A stretch of DNA of 32,000 bases from Xanthomonas campestris pv. campestris str. ATCC 33913 (GTDB taxonomy: Bacteria; Pseudomonadota; Gammaproteobacteria; Xanthomonadales; Xanthomonadaceae). Below the pieces are notes generated by a model, which was not told the DNA's origin, made no database searches, and saw nothing but the letters and a program-made list of their open reading frames with translations. This document shows positions 1-9,479 of the stretch, piece after piece (position 1 is the stretch's first letter; each line of letters begins with the position of its first letter). Location: contig NC_003902.1 in the NCBI RefSeq assembly GCF_000007145.1, positions 1,897,436-1,929,435 on the forward strand, written 5' to 3'. The position numbers and the translations under genes were made by a program.

Positions 1-264
1 ACTGCAGTAGCGGACATTCCCTTTCATGGAAGCGATTTTGCAAATCGAACAGGTTTTGAGATCTCTGCTGGTCAGCAGAGCAACTTAAGTCAATCTCTCT
101 TTGATGAAATTCTTCAGAGGGTGATAGGCGAGAAGGATAAGTCTGGAACGGATGAGCTCCTAATTTCGGTTGGCGCCCCTAATCGGAATGGTCGTGCACT
201 TACGGGAGACGTGTCAGCGATAAGCTCGATTCTTAAAAAATGGAAAGGCTTGGTTTGCTCGCCT
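1..264 (+). pseudogene. 3' portion of an unidentified CDS, open from the window edge and cut by the IS insertion
   Basis: Frame 1 is open for all 88 codons (TAVADIPFHGSDF...ISSILKKWKGLVCSP). The first stop (TGA 265-267) is supplied by the IS terminal repeat. The segment is visibly AT-richer than its surroundings. I recognise no family. Confidence 0.3.
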
Positions 265-327
265 TGACCTGCCCCCGCTGAGCCGTACCACGTGAAGCTG
301 TAAAGTCCGTCAACCACGAGGACGGAC

Positions 328-594
328 ATGAAGAAGAGTCGTTTCAGCACCGAGCAGATCATCGGATTCATCAAGCAGGCGGATGCCGGGATGGCGGTGG
401 CTGAGCTGTGCCGCCAGCACGGTTTCAGCCCGGCCAGCTTCTACCAGTGGCGGGCCAAGTACGGCGGCATGGAGGCCGAAGACGCGAAGCGCCTGAAGGA
501 GCTGGAGCAGGAGAACAACCGCCTGAAGCGGTTGCTGGCCGAGGCGCACCTGGACATCGAGGCGCTGAAGGTCGGGTTCGGGGTAAAACGCTAG
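328..594 (+). CDS. IS3/IS407 transposase OrfA (HTH plus leucine-zipper part)
   Basis: 88 aa reading [47 protein letters not shown]...[14 protein letters not shown], typical of IS3-family OrfA. Confidence 0.9.
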   Translation: MKKSRFSTEQIIGFIKQADAGMAVAELCRQHGFSPASFYQWRAKYGGMEAEDAKRLKELEQENNRLKRLLAEAHLDIEALKVGFGVKR

Positions 595-1460
595 CCCCGC
601 AACGCAAGCGCGAGGCAATCCGGCGCATGTGCGAGCTGACGTCGATCAGCGAGCGCCGGGCTTGTCGCCTTGCGGGGATCTCCCGCGATGCTTTCCGCCA
701 CGCGCCGACACCCACGCCGGCGACGCAAACCCTGTCGGCCAGACTGGTGGAACTGGCGCAGGCGCGTCGCCGCTTCGGCTATCGCCGCCTGCACGACCTG
801 CTGCGCCCGGAGTTTCCGCAGGTGAACCATAAGAAGATCTACCGTCTGTACCGCGAGGCGAAGCTGAGCGTGCGCTGGCGCAAGAAGGCCAAGTTCCCGG
901 CGGCACAGCGGCAGCCGTTACGGCCAGCGCGGCATCCCAACGAGGTAATCAGCATGGACTTCGTCTTTGATCAGTTGGCCAGTGGCCGCCGCATCAAATG
1001 CCTGACCGTCGCCGACGACTTCACCCATGAATGCGTGGACATCGCGGTGGACCATGGCATCAGCGGGGCTTACGTGATGCGTGTGCTGGAGCAGATCGCC
1101 TGCTTCCGCGGCTATCCCCGCGCGGTGCGCACGGACAACGGCCCGGAGTTCACCAGCCGCGCCTTCATCGCTTGGGCACAGCAGCGTGGCATCGAACACA
1201 TCCTGATCGAACCCGGCAAACCCATGCAGAACGGCTACATCGAGAGCTTCAACGGCAAGTTCCGCGACGAATGTCTCAACGAACACTGGTTCACGTCGCT
1301 GATCCAGGCTCGCGAGGTCATCGCCGATTGGCGGCGTGACTTCAACGAGGTACGTCCGCACAGCAGCTGTGGTCGCATCCCGCCAGCGCAGTTTGCCTCC
1401 AACCACCGAGCACAAACCGGCAACAACGCAGTACCCTTCAACCCCGGGCTTTATCAGTAA
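582..1460 (+). CDS. IS3/IS407 transposase OrfB (DDE integrase core), presumably made as an OrfAB fusion by -1 frameshift
   Basis: The -1 frame overlaps the orfA end around 581-594 (ggggtaaaacgctag). It carries the DDE-type core motifs [15 protein letters not shown] and [23 protein letters not shown]. Confidence 0.85.
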   Translation, partial: GKTLAPQRKREAIRRMCELTSISERRACRLAGISRDAFRHAPTPTPATQTLSARLVELAQARRRFGYRRLHDLLRPEFPQVNHKKIYRLYREAKLSVRWRKKAKFPAAQRQPLRPARHPNEVISMDFVFDQLASGRRIKCLTVADDFTHECVDIAVDHGISGAYVMRVLEQIACFRGYPRAVRTDNGPEFTSRAFIAWAQQRGIEHILIEPGKPMQNGYIESFNGKFRDECLNEHWFTSLIQAREVIADWRRDFNEVRPHSSCGRIPPAQFASNHRAQTGNNAVPFNPGLYQ

Positions 1461-1489
1461 TCACTGGTATGGCCGGTGGGGGCAGGTCA

Positions 1490-1878
1490 CCGGGAATCAG
1501 CTCCTGCAGCTCCATCGTCAGGAAGTTGTCGCCATTGGTAAACAAGCAGGGGCGCTGATCGAGCGTCCGCATGATGTCGGGCAGGAGCGCTGAGGCTGCA
1601 TAACGCGCGGGATGAAAACAGCGCCAGATCCGACGCTGGTCGATAACCAGGTCGTCGTGGCCTGCGTGGAAGACCAGCGCCGGCCCTTGCTTGGGCGGGC
1701 CCTTGCTGACGCAGTGCGAACTGAATTCCACGGATACAGACACCGCCACCGCCGCCCGGTCGGGCGTGGCAATGGTCACTTGGTAAGTGAATGGCTGCAG
1801 ATGCGCCAGTGAAAATTGGGCATCGTCAATCCCGATAAATCCCTTGGCCAGATGATCCGGCCAGTACTTCTCCTTCAT
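1490..1878 (-). pseudogene. Hypothetical protein whose 3' end is replaced by the IS407-group element
   Basis: The ORF starts at MKEKYWPDHLAKGF (ATG 1878, with GAAGGG upstream) and runs uninterrupted into the IS end at 1489. The last 14 codons of the tracked ORF are IS sequence. I recognise no family. Confidence 0.4.
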
Positions 1879-2044
1879 CGATACACGCCCTTCTTGCTCC
1901 AACACCGATTTACCCGGCAACAGAGTGCAGCCACAGCGCCGCTACCAGCAATGGATGACTCGGCATTGCCCCAGGGTTCGCCGCAATCTTTCAGATGTGC
2001 AGGCGTGCTTGCCGGCAAGCACGCGCGCGTACCAGCGCCAATCC

Positions 2045-2069
2045 TTCGTGGTCCCAGCCATGACTTCGG
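2045..2069 (+). promoter_or_regulatory. Plant-inducible-promoter (PIP) box, HrpX-type
   Basis: TTCGT-N15-TTCGG (2045-2049 / 2065-2069) fits the consensus TTCGB-N15-TTCGB. A -10-like TAACCT lies at 2100-2105, 30 nt downstream. The xopE ATG is 65 nt downstream of the box. Confidence 0.6.
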
Positions 2070-2133
2070 TGAGCCTACGCAAATCGGAGAGCTTCTCGCT
2101 AACCTTGATGACTCAGTACTGCAGGAGCTGGAA

Positions 2134-3201
2134 ATGGGTCTATGCGTTTCGAAGCCGAGCGTGGCAGGGTCACCTGACCATTATGCAACTCACGCCCTAG
2201 AGCAAACCCCGCCCTCTACGCCTTCATCCTCCGAGGCGCCCATGTCACCCAGCCTGCATGGCTTGCCATCACTCGGGGCTCGCAGGGCGAGGCGGGCGGG
2301 CGCCGGGCCGACCCTACAGCCGCACGAAGTTCAGCAGGCGGCCTACCAGCTTGGTATGCGCCTCAACGACAGACCCATCGAAGATGCGCGCGACCGCCAA
2401 CGCCTTGCCGACGCCACAGCGACGGTGCACGAGACACGACTCGCCTTGCACCTTGGACGAGGCAATGTCGATAGCGATCTGAGGCTCAGCAACGGACGGA
2501 GCGCCACCTACAGCGCTCTGTCCTACACCCTCAGTAGAAATGACCAGAATTCATGGGCAGGAAGCGCACTGGCTTTGGGGGCTGGCAACTGTGACGAGAA
2601 CGCAGCGATCAATGCACGTCAACATGCCGTCCGCATGGAGGATGGCGGGCAGATGATGACCGTACGTGACTACGGGGTGCCCCACATCTACGCGCTTTAC
2701 CAGCCACCAGGCGCGATAGAGGCGGAGGAGTCCGCGGTGGTCCTTGACTCATGGTGCGATGGTCCAGCCGTGCGACTAGGGGATTCGCGCTGGGCCGAAA
2801 CGTACCGAACGACCACCACTGTAGTTGAACGATTCGACAAGCCTGACGCAATCGAAGCGCTGGACAGGACAAACGGATTCAGAGCCGAGATCGAGGATCC
2901 GCAAACTACGCGGCATGCGTATGCGCGCGACCTGGGGGCAGTCTTTCTTGCTAACCATGCCAAGCATGCGCCGGGCTACATCTTTTCCTCGATGCCGGTC
3001 ATCGCCCCGGATCTTGCCGAAGGCACGCGTCAAAGACTGCAAGAGTACTCACAAGGGACGCTTGAGGATTTAGCCGCCGATGCTGCGCGGCAAGCCTACG
3101 GGCTGGATGAAGCGCAGCCCATTTCGCCGCGCACGACAACAGCGATCCTGGAGGACGCAGAGCGACTGGACGCCTTGGGTCGCCCGCCCTTGAGTTGGTG
3201 A
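2134..3201 (+). CDS. xopE: Type III effector of the XopE / HopX (AvrPphE) transglutaminase-like family
   Basis: 356 aa starting MGLCVSKPSVAGS, the N-myristoylation/palmitoylation motif typical of XopE. It has the GNCDE catalytic-Cys motif (ALGAGNCDENAA). A PIP box lies upstream. The tracked ORF from 1816 is an upstream extension that would cover the PIP box. Confidence 0.9.
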   Translation: MGLCVSKPSVAGSPDHYATHALEQTPPSTPSSSEAPMSPSLHGLPSLGARRARRAGAGPTLQPHEVQQAAYQLGMRLNDRPIEDARDRQRLADATATVHETRLALHLGRGNVDSDLRLSNGRSATYSALSYTLSRNDQNSWAGSALALGAGNCDENAAINARQHAVRMEDGGQMMTVRDYGVPHIYALYQPPGAIEAEESAVVLDSWCDGPAVRLGDSRWAETYRTTTTVVERFDKPDAIEALDRTNGFRAEIEDPQTTRHAYARDLGAVFLANHAKHAPGYIFSSMPVIAPDLAEGTRQRLQEYSQGTLEDLAADAARQAYGLDEAQPISPRTTTAILEDAERLDALGRPPLSW

Positions 3202-3202
3202 A

Positions 3203-3241
3203 CTGTCCTCTGGTCGCGGATGTGTCATTCTCAGAGGACAG
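3203..3241. terminator. Hairpin between the convergent xopE and tnpR genes (possible bidirectional terminator)
   Basis: Perfect 10-bp arms CTGTCCTCTG (3203-3212) and CAGAGGACAG (3232-3241) with a 19-nt loop. There is no clear U-tract. Confidence 0.3.
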
Positions 3242-3253
3242 CTGCACGGAATG

Positions 3254-3820
3254 TCAGAAGTTGGCTGCACTAGTGGATTGCAGCGCGGCGTATAGAGCCG
3301 TCTTGCTCACCTTGAGCCGTTTAGCGGCCTCTCGGACATTAAGCCCGTTGGCGATGTGCTCCCGCGCTCGCTGCAACTTGTCGGCGGTGACAACCGGCTT
3401 TCGCCCGCCCTTCCGCCCGCGTGCGGCGGCAGCGGTCAGCCCGGCCTTGGTGCGCTCGCGGATCAAGTCGCGCTCGAACTGGCCCAGTGCGCCGAAGACG
3501 TGGAAGATGAGCCGTCCGCCCGGCGTGGTGGTGTCGATGCTTTCGGTCAGCGACCGGAAGCCGACGCCACGCGCTTCCAGCGCGGCGATTGTCTCGATGA
3601 GGTGTTGCATTGAGCGCCCGAGCCGATCCAGACGCCAGACGGCCAGCACGTCGCCGGCGCGCAGGTAGGCCAGCGCATCAGCCAAGCCGGGCCTGTCGGC
3701 CTTGGCCCCAGAAGCCGTGTCCTCAAAAACGCGCTCGCAGCCTGCCTTGCGTAGCGCATCCGTCTGCAAAGCGGTGTCCTGTTCCGCCGTCGATACCCGC
3801 GCATAGCCGATCAGTACCAT
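3254..3820 (-). CDS. tnpR: Serine recombinase / Tn3-family resolvase
   Basis: 188 aa. The N-terminus MVLIGYARVSTAEQDTALQ carries the catalytic-Ser motif. GRLIFHVFGALGQFERDLIRERT and a C-terminal HTH (REAAKRLKVSKTALY) are also present. Confidence 0.9.
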   Translation of the reverse strand: MVLIGYARVSTAEQDTALQTDALRKAGCERVFEDTASGAKADRPGLADALAYLRAGDVLAVWRLDRLGRSMQHLIETIAALEARGVGFRSLTESIDTTTPGGRLIFHVFGALGQFERDLIRERTKAGLTAAAARGRKGGRKPVVTADKLQRAREHIANGLNVREAAKRLKVSKTALYAALQSTSAANF

Positions 3821-3832
3821 TACCGCCCCTTT

Positions 3833-3935
3833 TGTCCGTCTTTCTGTCCGCCTATCATAATGTCCGAAAACCCGTTAAGCAAGTGCATTGCCGGACAATG
3901 TCCGGCATGGCCGACTAATGATCGTTTGACGGACA
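3833..3935. promoter_or_regulatory. res-like resolvase binding-site cluster
   Basis: TGTCCG occurs at 3833, 3845 and 3861. A perfect palindrome CCGGACAATGTCCGG lies at 3891-3905 and CGGACA at 3930-3935. All sit directly upstream of tnpR, between tnpR and the TA pair. Confidence 0.5.
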
Positions 3936-3951
3936 TTGAAAGTAAGGCAGT

Positions 3952-3969
3952 TTTGCATTACAATGCAAA
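3952..3969 (+). promoter_or_regulatory. Palindromic candidate operator for the vapBC promoter
   Basis: TTTGCATT-AC-AATGCAAA has perfect 8-bp arms and lies 32 nt upstream of the antitoxin ATG. Confidence 0.35.
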
Positions 3970-4000
3970 GCATCAACCTTGGATTGCGAGGCAAACCATC

Positions 4001-4252
4001 ATGACCACATTGACCGTTACCGCACGGGGACAAGTGACGTTTCGGAAGGACGTACTGCAACACCTCGGCATCAGGCCAGGCGACAAGATCGAACTGAACT
4101 TGCTGCCAGATGGTCGGGGCGTGCTCAAGGCGGCCCGGCCCGCAGGGACGATAGCCAGCTTTGTCGGCCTGCTCGCGGGCAGGACGCAGAAGGTTGCAAC
4201 CATCGAAGAAATCAACGAGGCGGCGGCGCAAGGCTGGGCAGGTAAGCAATGA
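4001..4252 (+). CDS. AbrB/MazE/SpoVT-fold antitoxin (VapB-like)
   Basis: 83 aa reading MTTLTVTARGQVTFRKDVLQHLGIRPGDKIELNLLPDG, a swapped-hairpin AbrB-type DNA-binding motif. It overlaps the downstream PIN gene by ATGA. Confidence 0.8.
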   Translation: MTTLTVTARGQVTFRKDVLQHLGIRPGDKIELNLLPDGRGVLKAARPAGTIASFVGLLAGRTQKVATIEEINEAAAQGWAGKQ

Positions 4253-4644
4253 AGGTCGCCGCCGATACCAACGTCCTTGTGCGTGCGGTTGTGCGTGACG
4301 ATCCCGCACAAGCGGACGTTGCCGCCGCAGTCTTGACCGACGCCGAGTTGATCGCGGTCGCGTTGCCGTGCCTATGTGAATTTGTTTGGGTGCTGCTGCG
4401 AGTCTACGGCTTCCAGCAAGCCGACGCGGCCAGCGCGATCCGGGCACTACTGGCCGCCGCGAATGTGGAAGTGAACCGGCCTGCCGTGGAGGCTGGCTTG
4501 CTGGTGCTCGACGCGGGCGGAGACTTTGCCGATGGCGTCATTGCCTACGAAGGCAACTGGCTTGGCGGGGAAACCTTCGTTTCCTTCGATAAGAAGGCGG
4601 TGGTACTTCTCACAGCGCAAGGGCAATCAACGCGCCTTTTGTGA
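4249..4644 (+). CDS. vapC: PIN-domain toxin (VapC-like ribonuclease)
   Basis: 131 aa. The N-terminal MKVAADTNVLVRAV carries the first PIN acidic residue, and later acidic positions occur at LDAGGDFADGVI. It has a 4-nt overlap with the antitoxin gene. Confidence 0.85.
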   Translation: MKVAADTNVLVRAVVRDDPAQADVAAAVLTDAELIAVALPCLCEFVWVLLRVYGFQQADAASAIRALLAAANVEVNRPAVEAGLLVLDAGGDFADGVIAYEGNWLGGETFVSFDKKAVVLLTAQGQSTRLL

Positions 4645-4805
4645 CGGACATGAGCATGAACGAATTCCGTCGACTGGCCGCGAAGATAAGGGGCGGCAGG
4701 GATTCGTGTAAAAAACAGCCAAAAGTGAGCTAATCGCTGTTGGTAGTGGAGTTTTGTTACCCAGAAATATCCGCTAACTCACTGATGCAATGGGTGAAAT
4801 CCGAG

Positions 4806-4843
4806 CTTGTGAGTCATTTTCACACGTATGTCGGCTGAACCCC
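4806..4843 (-). repeat. Tn3-family 38-bp terminal inverted repeat (outer end at 4843)
   Basis: The reverse complement reads GGGGTTCAGCCGACATACGTGTGAAAATGACTCACAAG. It has the GGGG start, an internal GAAAA..ACTCAC block and an AAG end, resembling Tn3/Tn21-type IRs. Confidence 0.5.
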
Positions 4844-4932
4844 GCATTCTCTCTGGCTCCCGCTGAAAGCCAACAGATCGAGCCGGTTGACCAGCATGAG
4901 GCTGCCTGATACGCCCAGGGTTCCGTAGACAC

Positions 4933-5838
4933 TCAAGACCCTCGTTGCGCGTAGCGCCGTTCAAACTCTACAGGTGACAGGTCGCCAGTTGAACCGTGGC
5001 GGCGGTTGGGGTTGTAGAACATCTCGATGTAGTCGAATACCTCGGCGCGAGCGGCGTCCTTGGTGGGATAGGTCCGCCGCCTGATCCGCTCGCGTTTGAG
5101 CAGGCCGAAGAAGCTCTCCACGGGTGCGTTGTCGTGGCAGTTGCCACGCCGACTCATGCTGCACACCAAGCCATGGGACGCCAGGAAACTGCGCCAGTCA
5201 TCGCTGGTGTAGACAGACCCTTGGTCCGAGTGAACCAAGCAACCAGTGTTGGGTTTGCGCCGCCACACCGCAGACAACACCGCCTGCACGACCAACTCGG
5301 TGTCGGCCCGATCGCGCATCGCCCAGCCGACGACCTGCCTGGAAAACAGATCGATCACAACAGCCAAATACATCCAGCCTTCATGCGTGCGGATGAAGGT
5401 GAAATCGCTCGCCCAGGCCGTGTCCGGCTCCGTCACGTCGAACTGTCGGTCAAGCAGGTTGGCCGCCGCCTTGCACTGCATTCCTCCATGGAAGCGCGGT
5501 TTGCGACCATAGCCCACCTGGGCACGCAGTCCCTCGGTGCGCATCAGCCGATGCACCCGATGACGACTACAACGCTCACCCAGATCGCGCAGATCCGTGG
5601 TGATCTTGCGATGCCCATAGACACTGCCGCTGGCCAGCCAGTGGTGCTTGATTAGTCCAAGCAAGCGATCATCTTCCTTGGCGCGCTCACTGTTGGGCGA
5701 GCACAACCAGGCGTAATAACCCGACCGGTTGACCCGCAATACCCGGCACATTGCACACACCCTGAATTCCCCGCAGTGGGCTTGCATGAAGGCGTACTTT
5801 GCCTTTACCCCTTGGCAAAGTACGCGGCGGCCTTTTTT
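4933..5838 (-). CDS. IS3 transposase OrfB (DDE), reached by -1 frameshift
   Basis: The slippery heptamer AAAAAAG is on the minus strand at 5838-5832. Motifs WASDFTFI, HSDQGSVYTS and GNCHDNAPVESFFGLLKRE are present. Confidence 0.85.
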   Translation of the reverse strand, partial: KKGRRVLCQGVKAKYAFMQAHCGEFRVCAMCRVLRVNRSGYYAWLCSPNSERAKEDDRLLGLIKHHWLASGSVYGHRKITTDLRDLGERCSRHRVHRLMRTEGLRAQVGYGRKPRFHGGMQCKAAANLLDRQFDVTEPDTAWASDFTFIRTHEGWMYLAVVIDLFSRQVVGWAMRDRADTELVVQAVLSAVWRRKPNTGCLVHSDQGSVYTSDDWRSFLASHGLVCSMSRRGNCHDNAPVESFFGLLKRERIRRRTYPTKDAARAEVFDYIEMFYNPNRRHGSTGDLSPVEFERRYAQRGS

Positions 5839-6098
5839 AGGATGTCGCGCTCCTCGGTCACTCGACGCAACTCTGCCTTCAGCCGCCGAACCTCGGCGCT
5901 CTGGTCCACCTCGGCGCGATGCACCACGCCAGACTTGCCGAACGTGCGCAGCCAGGCGTACAGGCTGTGCGTCGTGACACCCAGCCGCTCGGCGACTTCT
6001 GCCACCTTGAACCCACGATCAGTCACTTGCCGGACCGCCTCGATCTTGAACTCATCCGTATATCGCTTGCTGCTCATAGACACCTCCGAATCGACCAT
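5805..6098 (-). CDS. IS3 transposase OrfA (HTH)
   Basis: MSSKRYTDEFKIEAVRQVTDRGFKVAEVAERLGVTTHSLYAWLR is typical IS3 OrfA. It ends ...ERDILKKAAAYFAKG across the slippery site. Confidence 0.85.
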   Translation of the reverse strand: MVDSEVSMSSKRYTDEFKIEAVRQVTDRGFKVAEVAERLGVTTHSLYAWLRTFGKSGVVHRAEVDQSAEVRRLKAELRRVTEERDILKKAAAYFAKG

Positions 6099-6118
6099 TT
6101 TCCATGGCCTTGAGATGT

Positions 6119-9100
6119 CTAGGAAACCCTGGGCGTATCAGTGCCAATCCGCTCGGATGGCCACTTGGAGGCATTTTCCACCCAGCCTTGCAAGACGCCG
6201 TCCTGCTTCACCAGCTCTCGAAGGCCATCTTGAACGGCGACAAAGGGCGTGACGATGTAGAGATCAGGGAGAACCGCGTTGTTTCTCAACGTCCTGAGAA
6301 AAAGCAACAGCTGCTGGCCTTCCTCCGGTGAGAACTTGTCCCGCGCACTTCCAAGCACGTCTATCCAATGGGAGTTGCCCAAGACATCTCGAATGCTCGA
6401 GCCCTTAGGGGGCTTTGCCTGGACCATCAACCCGCCATAAGCAATTGTGTTGGAAATCTCGAACATCGGCGACGCACACCGACGGTGGACGAGCAGGGGA
6501 GATCCCACCGTCCGGAATCCACCGGCCGTATCGAACGTGGCGCAATAGTCTCCAGCCTCGTCGGCCAAGGTTTGAACCGACGCATTTGGGGCTCCGAATT
6601 TGTCAGGGTCGGCATCAAACTCGCGAAGGACGGCAGCAGTCAGCACGTCAGGCAGCGGAACGACTGGCTCAACTTGCTGCGGATCGCCCACGACCACTGC
6701 TCGCTGACATCGAAGCAGGGCACCTACGACTGCTTGCGGCGTCGCTTGCCCTGCTTCATCCACCAGAAGCCAGCCAAAGGTTTCCTGGGGAAGACGTCCC
6801 AACATTCGCTCGACGGAAGCAAACGTTGTTGAAATGACCGGCACGACCAGGAACAAGCTGCTCCATAGATGTCCGCTCAAGTGCTGTCGGTCTGGTGGAA
6901 TGTTGAAGTTTCCTCCGACCAAGGCGTTGATGTTATGGAGAAGGGGCTTTGCTGCTGCGTCGATGAAGGCCCGATGCACTTCCATGGCTGCTTCGAAGAC
7001 CTCCATTCGAAGCTTCTGTAGCTCACTGTCCAGCCAGGGCACGGCCAGCTGCTTCTGCTCGTGCGGCAGTGAAAGGAAATGCTCGTCCAGCACGTGAGCT
7101 CCAGCGCCGATCTGCACCTCGTGGCACTGCTGCTCCGTCGCTTCGCGTTTCTTACTGGCCTTTTCGAGTTCCTGTGAAGCAATCACTGCTTGCTGCCCAG
7201 CTGCCCGCGCCAAACCATCTGCCTTGGATTGGGCTTCTACAGCGATGCCCCTCGCCGTCTTTGCGATGTCAGCCTGATGTTTGAGAGGCCCATGCGTGAC
7301 CTCCCAAGATTTGGCGGACTGGGCACCAAAAAGACGCCTTAGACTGAAAAAACTAGGTCGCTTTTGCGCATGATGGGACAGCGCGGTCTCACACTGCTGT
7401 AGCGCCAAAGTTGCGGTCTGTGTATCTCGAACCAAGGCAGCAAGCAGCGACTGTGCCTGGTTGGCATGACTGGATGCCTCCAGATGTTGTTGGCGTTTTG
7501 CCTTCTCTTCTTCCCGCAGCTTGGGCAGTTGGATCAAGGCGCGTCGCAAGTTTTCCAGCTGAGACAACCGCGTGGAGCACGCACTGGAGAGTTGCTTGAA
7601 ATGCTTTCGAGCACGCTCCCAGCGGTCTTGGGCTTCCTTTGGAGTAGATGGCGCACTGCAAAGTTCGGCCAGGCCCTCGGGAGACCCGTCTTCACGCGGT
7701 GCGATGCCGCTGACCTGTTTGAGGTAGCGTTCAAGGGAGCGTGGCGAGTCTCCCCAAAATTTCTTTCGGAACGCAGACCGATTGGATGCATTGCCGAGGA
7801 CCGCTGTCATCAACCCCCATGCCTCGCGGTCCAATAGATCAGAAGCCAACGGCGCGAAATAGCGCAGGAGGGAGTCGCCGGGAATCGCTTGCATCGATGG
7901 CATTTCTGCACTGACGTTCTCGACGGCCTTGTTGTTCGAGCTGGCAACGATCATCTCGAATCCCCGCAAGCTGGCATCCAGCGCGTGAAGCTCCTGGGTC
8001 TCTCCCTTGGCCCTCTTTGTCCAACCGACTTTAAAAGCTTGGGTCGGGTCGGTGAACGCGCACATGGCTGTGGCTCGGCGAGTCAGCAAATCCGCCACAA
8101 TGTCACGCAGCAGGGTGCTTTTTCCCGTCCCAGGTGGGCCATTGACGCCTAAAATCCCGGGGCCTCCGGACAAACGCCCCGCCGAGTTGACAGCAGCCTG
8201 CTGTAACAGGGCAGGGGTATGCGATGCAGGGGTGGGCCATCGACCCAGCGGCACATCGGCTGGAGCCAACGAAGCTTCCAGGGCGGCATCGTCTTTCAAT
8301 AAGTCCCGTCGTGCTGCTGGCTTCTGGCTGCCCAGATAGAGAGACAACGCTTTGGGGAGTTCGCCCTTGTTGGCGATCTCTCGTGCCTTGGCCAAGTCGC
8401 GCAGGTAAAAGCTATTGAGAAGAAGCGGATCTGGAACAATCCGCAACGTGTAGTAGAGGTAATGGGCGACAGCGAATGTCGGGCCGCTTACTTGGTGTCC
8501 GGATAACCCAAGGGTGTCTACCAGCCAGGAAGAGGCGCGTTGTAGCGCTTCCCACGTCAGTGGAACTGGGGTCTCTGTTGATGAAACGCCCAACTGCTTG
8601 GTGAGGCCTTCGATCAGCCGCGGTTCTTGTTGGGTCCAGGCAGCCAAGTCCTTGAGCGACCCTCCCAGGGCGACAGGCAAGCCCCATCCGAACGCGGACA
8701 GCGAGACGGGTGCCTCTCCAGCAAGGATTCCTTCCTTGTCCACAAGCAATGAGGCAAGAACAACGTCACCTTTAACGCTCGGGCGTTCAAGACGGGAGTC
8801 TTTGAAGCGGTCGATCAATGCAGCGAAAGCGGGCGCGGCAGGAATGGTTGCCAAAACGATGTGGAAATAAATCTTCTGCCTGGGGCGCGAGCTCGCAGGC
8901 CCTCTGTCCCAAGGCAGGCGGCCATCACTGATGGAAACGATGGCGCGGTCTCCCTTCGCCAGGTCGATAGGGCGGTCATAGGTTTGGGGTGACAGGACCT
9001 CCAGCGCAGACCACGCAGCAAGCACATCCTTGGGGCGATTGGCATAAATTTTGGGGCGGTGTGCCGAGTCAGGCGGAGCCACGGGTGGAGACCAGAGCCT

Positions 9101-9190
9101 GTCCCTATCTCCGGTGGCACCTTCGGCCTGCGATGGGGGTGCAGGACGTTCTTGCTCAGCTTCCGGGCTCAAGCGAGCCAAGGTCTGCAT
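6119..9190 (-). pseudogene. Large SF1 (Upf1/DNA2-like, AAA_11/AAA_12-type) helicase with an unrecognised ~390-aa N-terminal domain and a coiled-coil insert; 3' end cut by the IS3 element
   Basis: Walker A is GVNGPPGTGKSTLLRDIVA, motif II is LLVDEAGQATP and motif III-like is VVVGDPQQVEPVV, followed by IVTPFVAVQ. The native sequence stops at ...KWPSERIGT at 6151. The last 10 codons are IS sequence, and the expected (T)VHxxQG motif V/VI region is absent. I prefer the start ATG 9190 (MQTLARL) because GGAGGT lies 8 nt upstream. The ORF is open up to 9301. Confidence 0.75.
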
Positions 9191-9479
9191 CACCTCGACC
9201 TCCAACTCTTTTGCCCGTGCAGTTCCGGCAAACGAAGGACTTGGCGCAGGCCTACGTGCGTGCGGTCGTGCTTGGGGAGGGCTATGCTCGGCTCTTCGCA
9301 CAGTTGAAGGATCAACGCGTGGCCAAGCTCAGCAAGTCGGACGCTGCTCATAGCTCGTCTGACGAGTGCCGGGAATCTCCAGGAGCTGACGCTCAAGCGC
9401 ACCCATCAGCTGCACGGCAGGATGACGGAGCAGCGGCAAATCGGCAGCGCTAAGGACCGGAAGTTTTCTTAGAACCTGT

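Larger units (their letters stand above)
265..1489 (+). mobile_element. IS3-family insertion sequence, IS407 group (~1.2 kb)
   Basis: Terminal inverted repeats are TGACCTGCCCCC at 265-276 and GGGGGCAGGTCA at 1478-1489. It has the two-ORF orfA/orfB organisation. The flanking 4-mers differ (gcct vs ccgg), so there is no intact target-site duplication (TSD). Confidence 0.9.
1490..4843. mobile_element. Tn3-family transposon remnant (TnXax1-like passenger-carrying element) lacking tnpA; left boundary undefined
   Basis: It contains a serine resolvase, a res-like repeat cluster, a vapBC pair and a GGGG...AAG 38-bp Tn3-type terminal IR at 4806-4843, with xopE as passenger. I found no transposase gene and no second IR in the window. 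Confidence 0.45.
4907..6150 (-). mobile_element. IS3-family insertion sequence (IS3-type, ~1.24 kb)
   Basis: The imperfect ~34-bp IRs begin TGATACGCCCAGGGTT at 4907, with the reverse complement ending at 6150. It has orfA/orfB with an A6G slippery site. The flanking triplets differ (gcc vs gtg), so there is no TSD. Confidence 0.9.

Noticed and set aside
1816-2133. 5' extension of the xopE ORF (461-aa version)
   Set aside because: The extension would cover the PIP box and the -10-like element. XopE-family proteins start with the MGLC acylation motif found at 2134.
4844-4906. The 63-bp spacer between the Tn3 IR and the IS3 element as the missing 3' end of the helicase
   Set aside because: None of the three minus-strand frames continues ...ERIGT with the expected VHxxQG-type motif. 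The two IS3 flanks are therefore unrelated.
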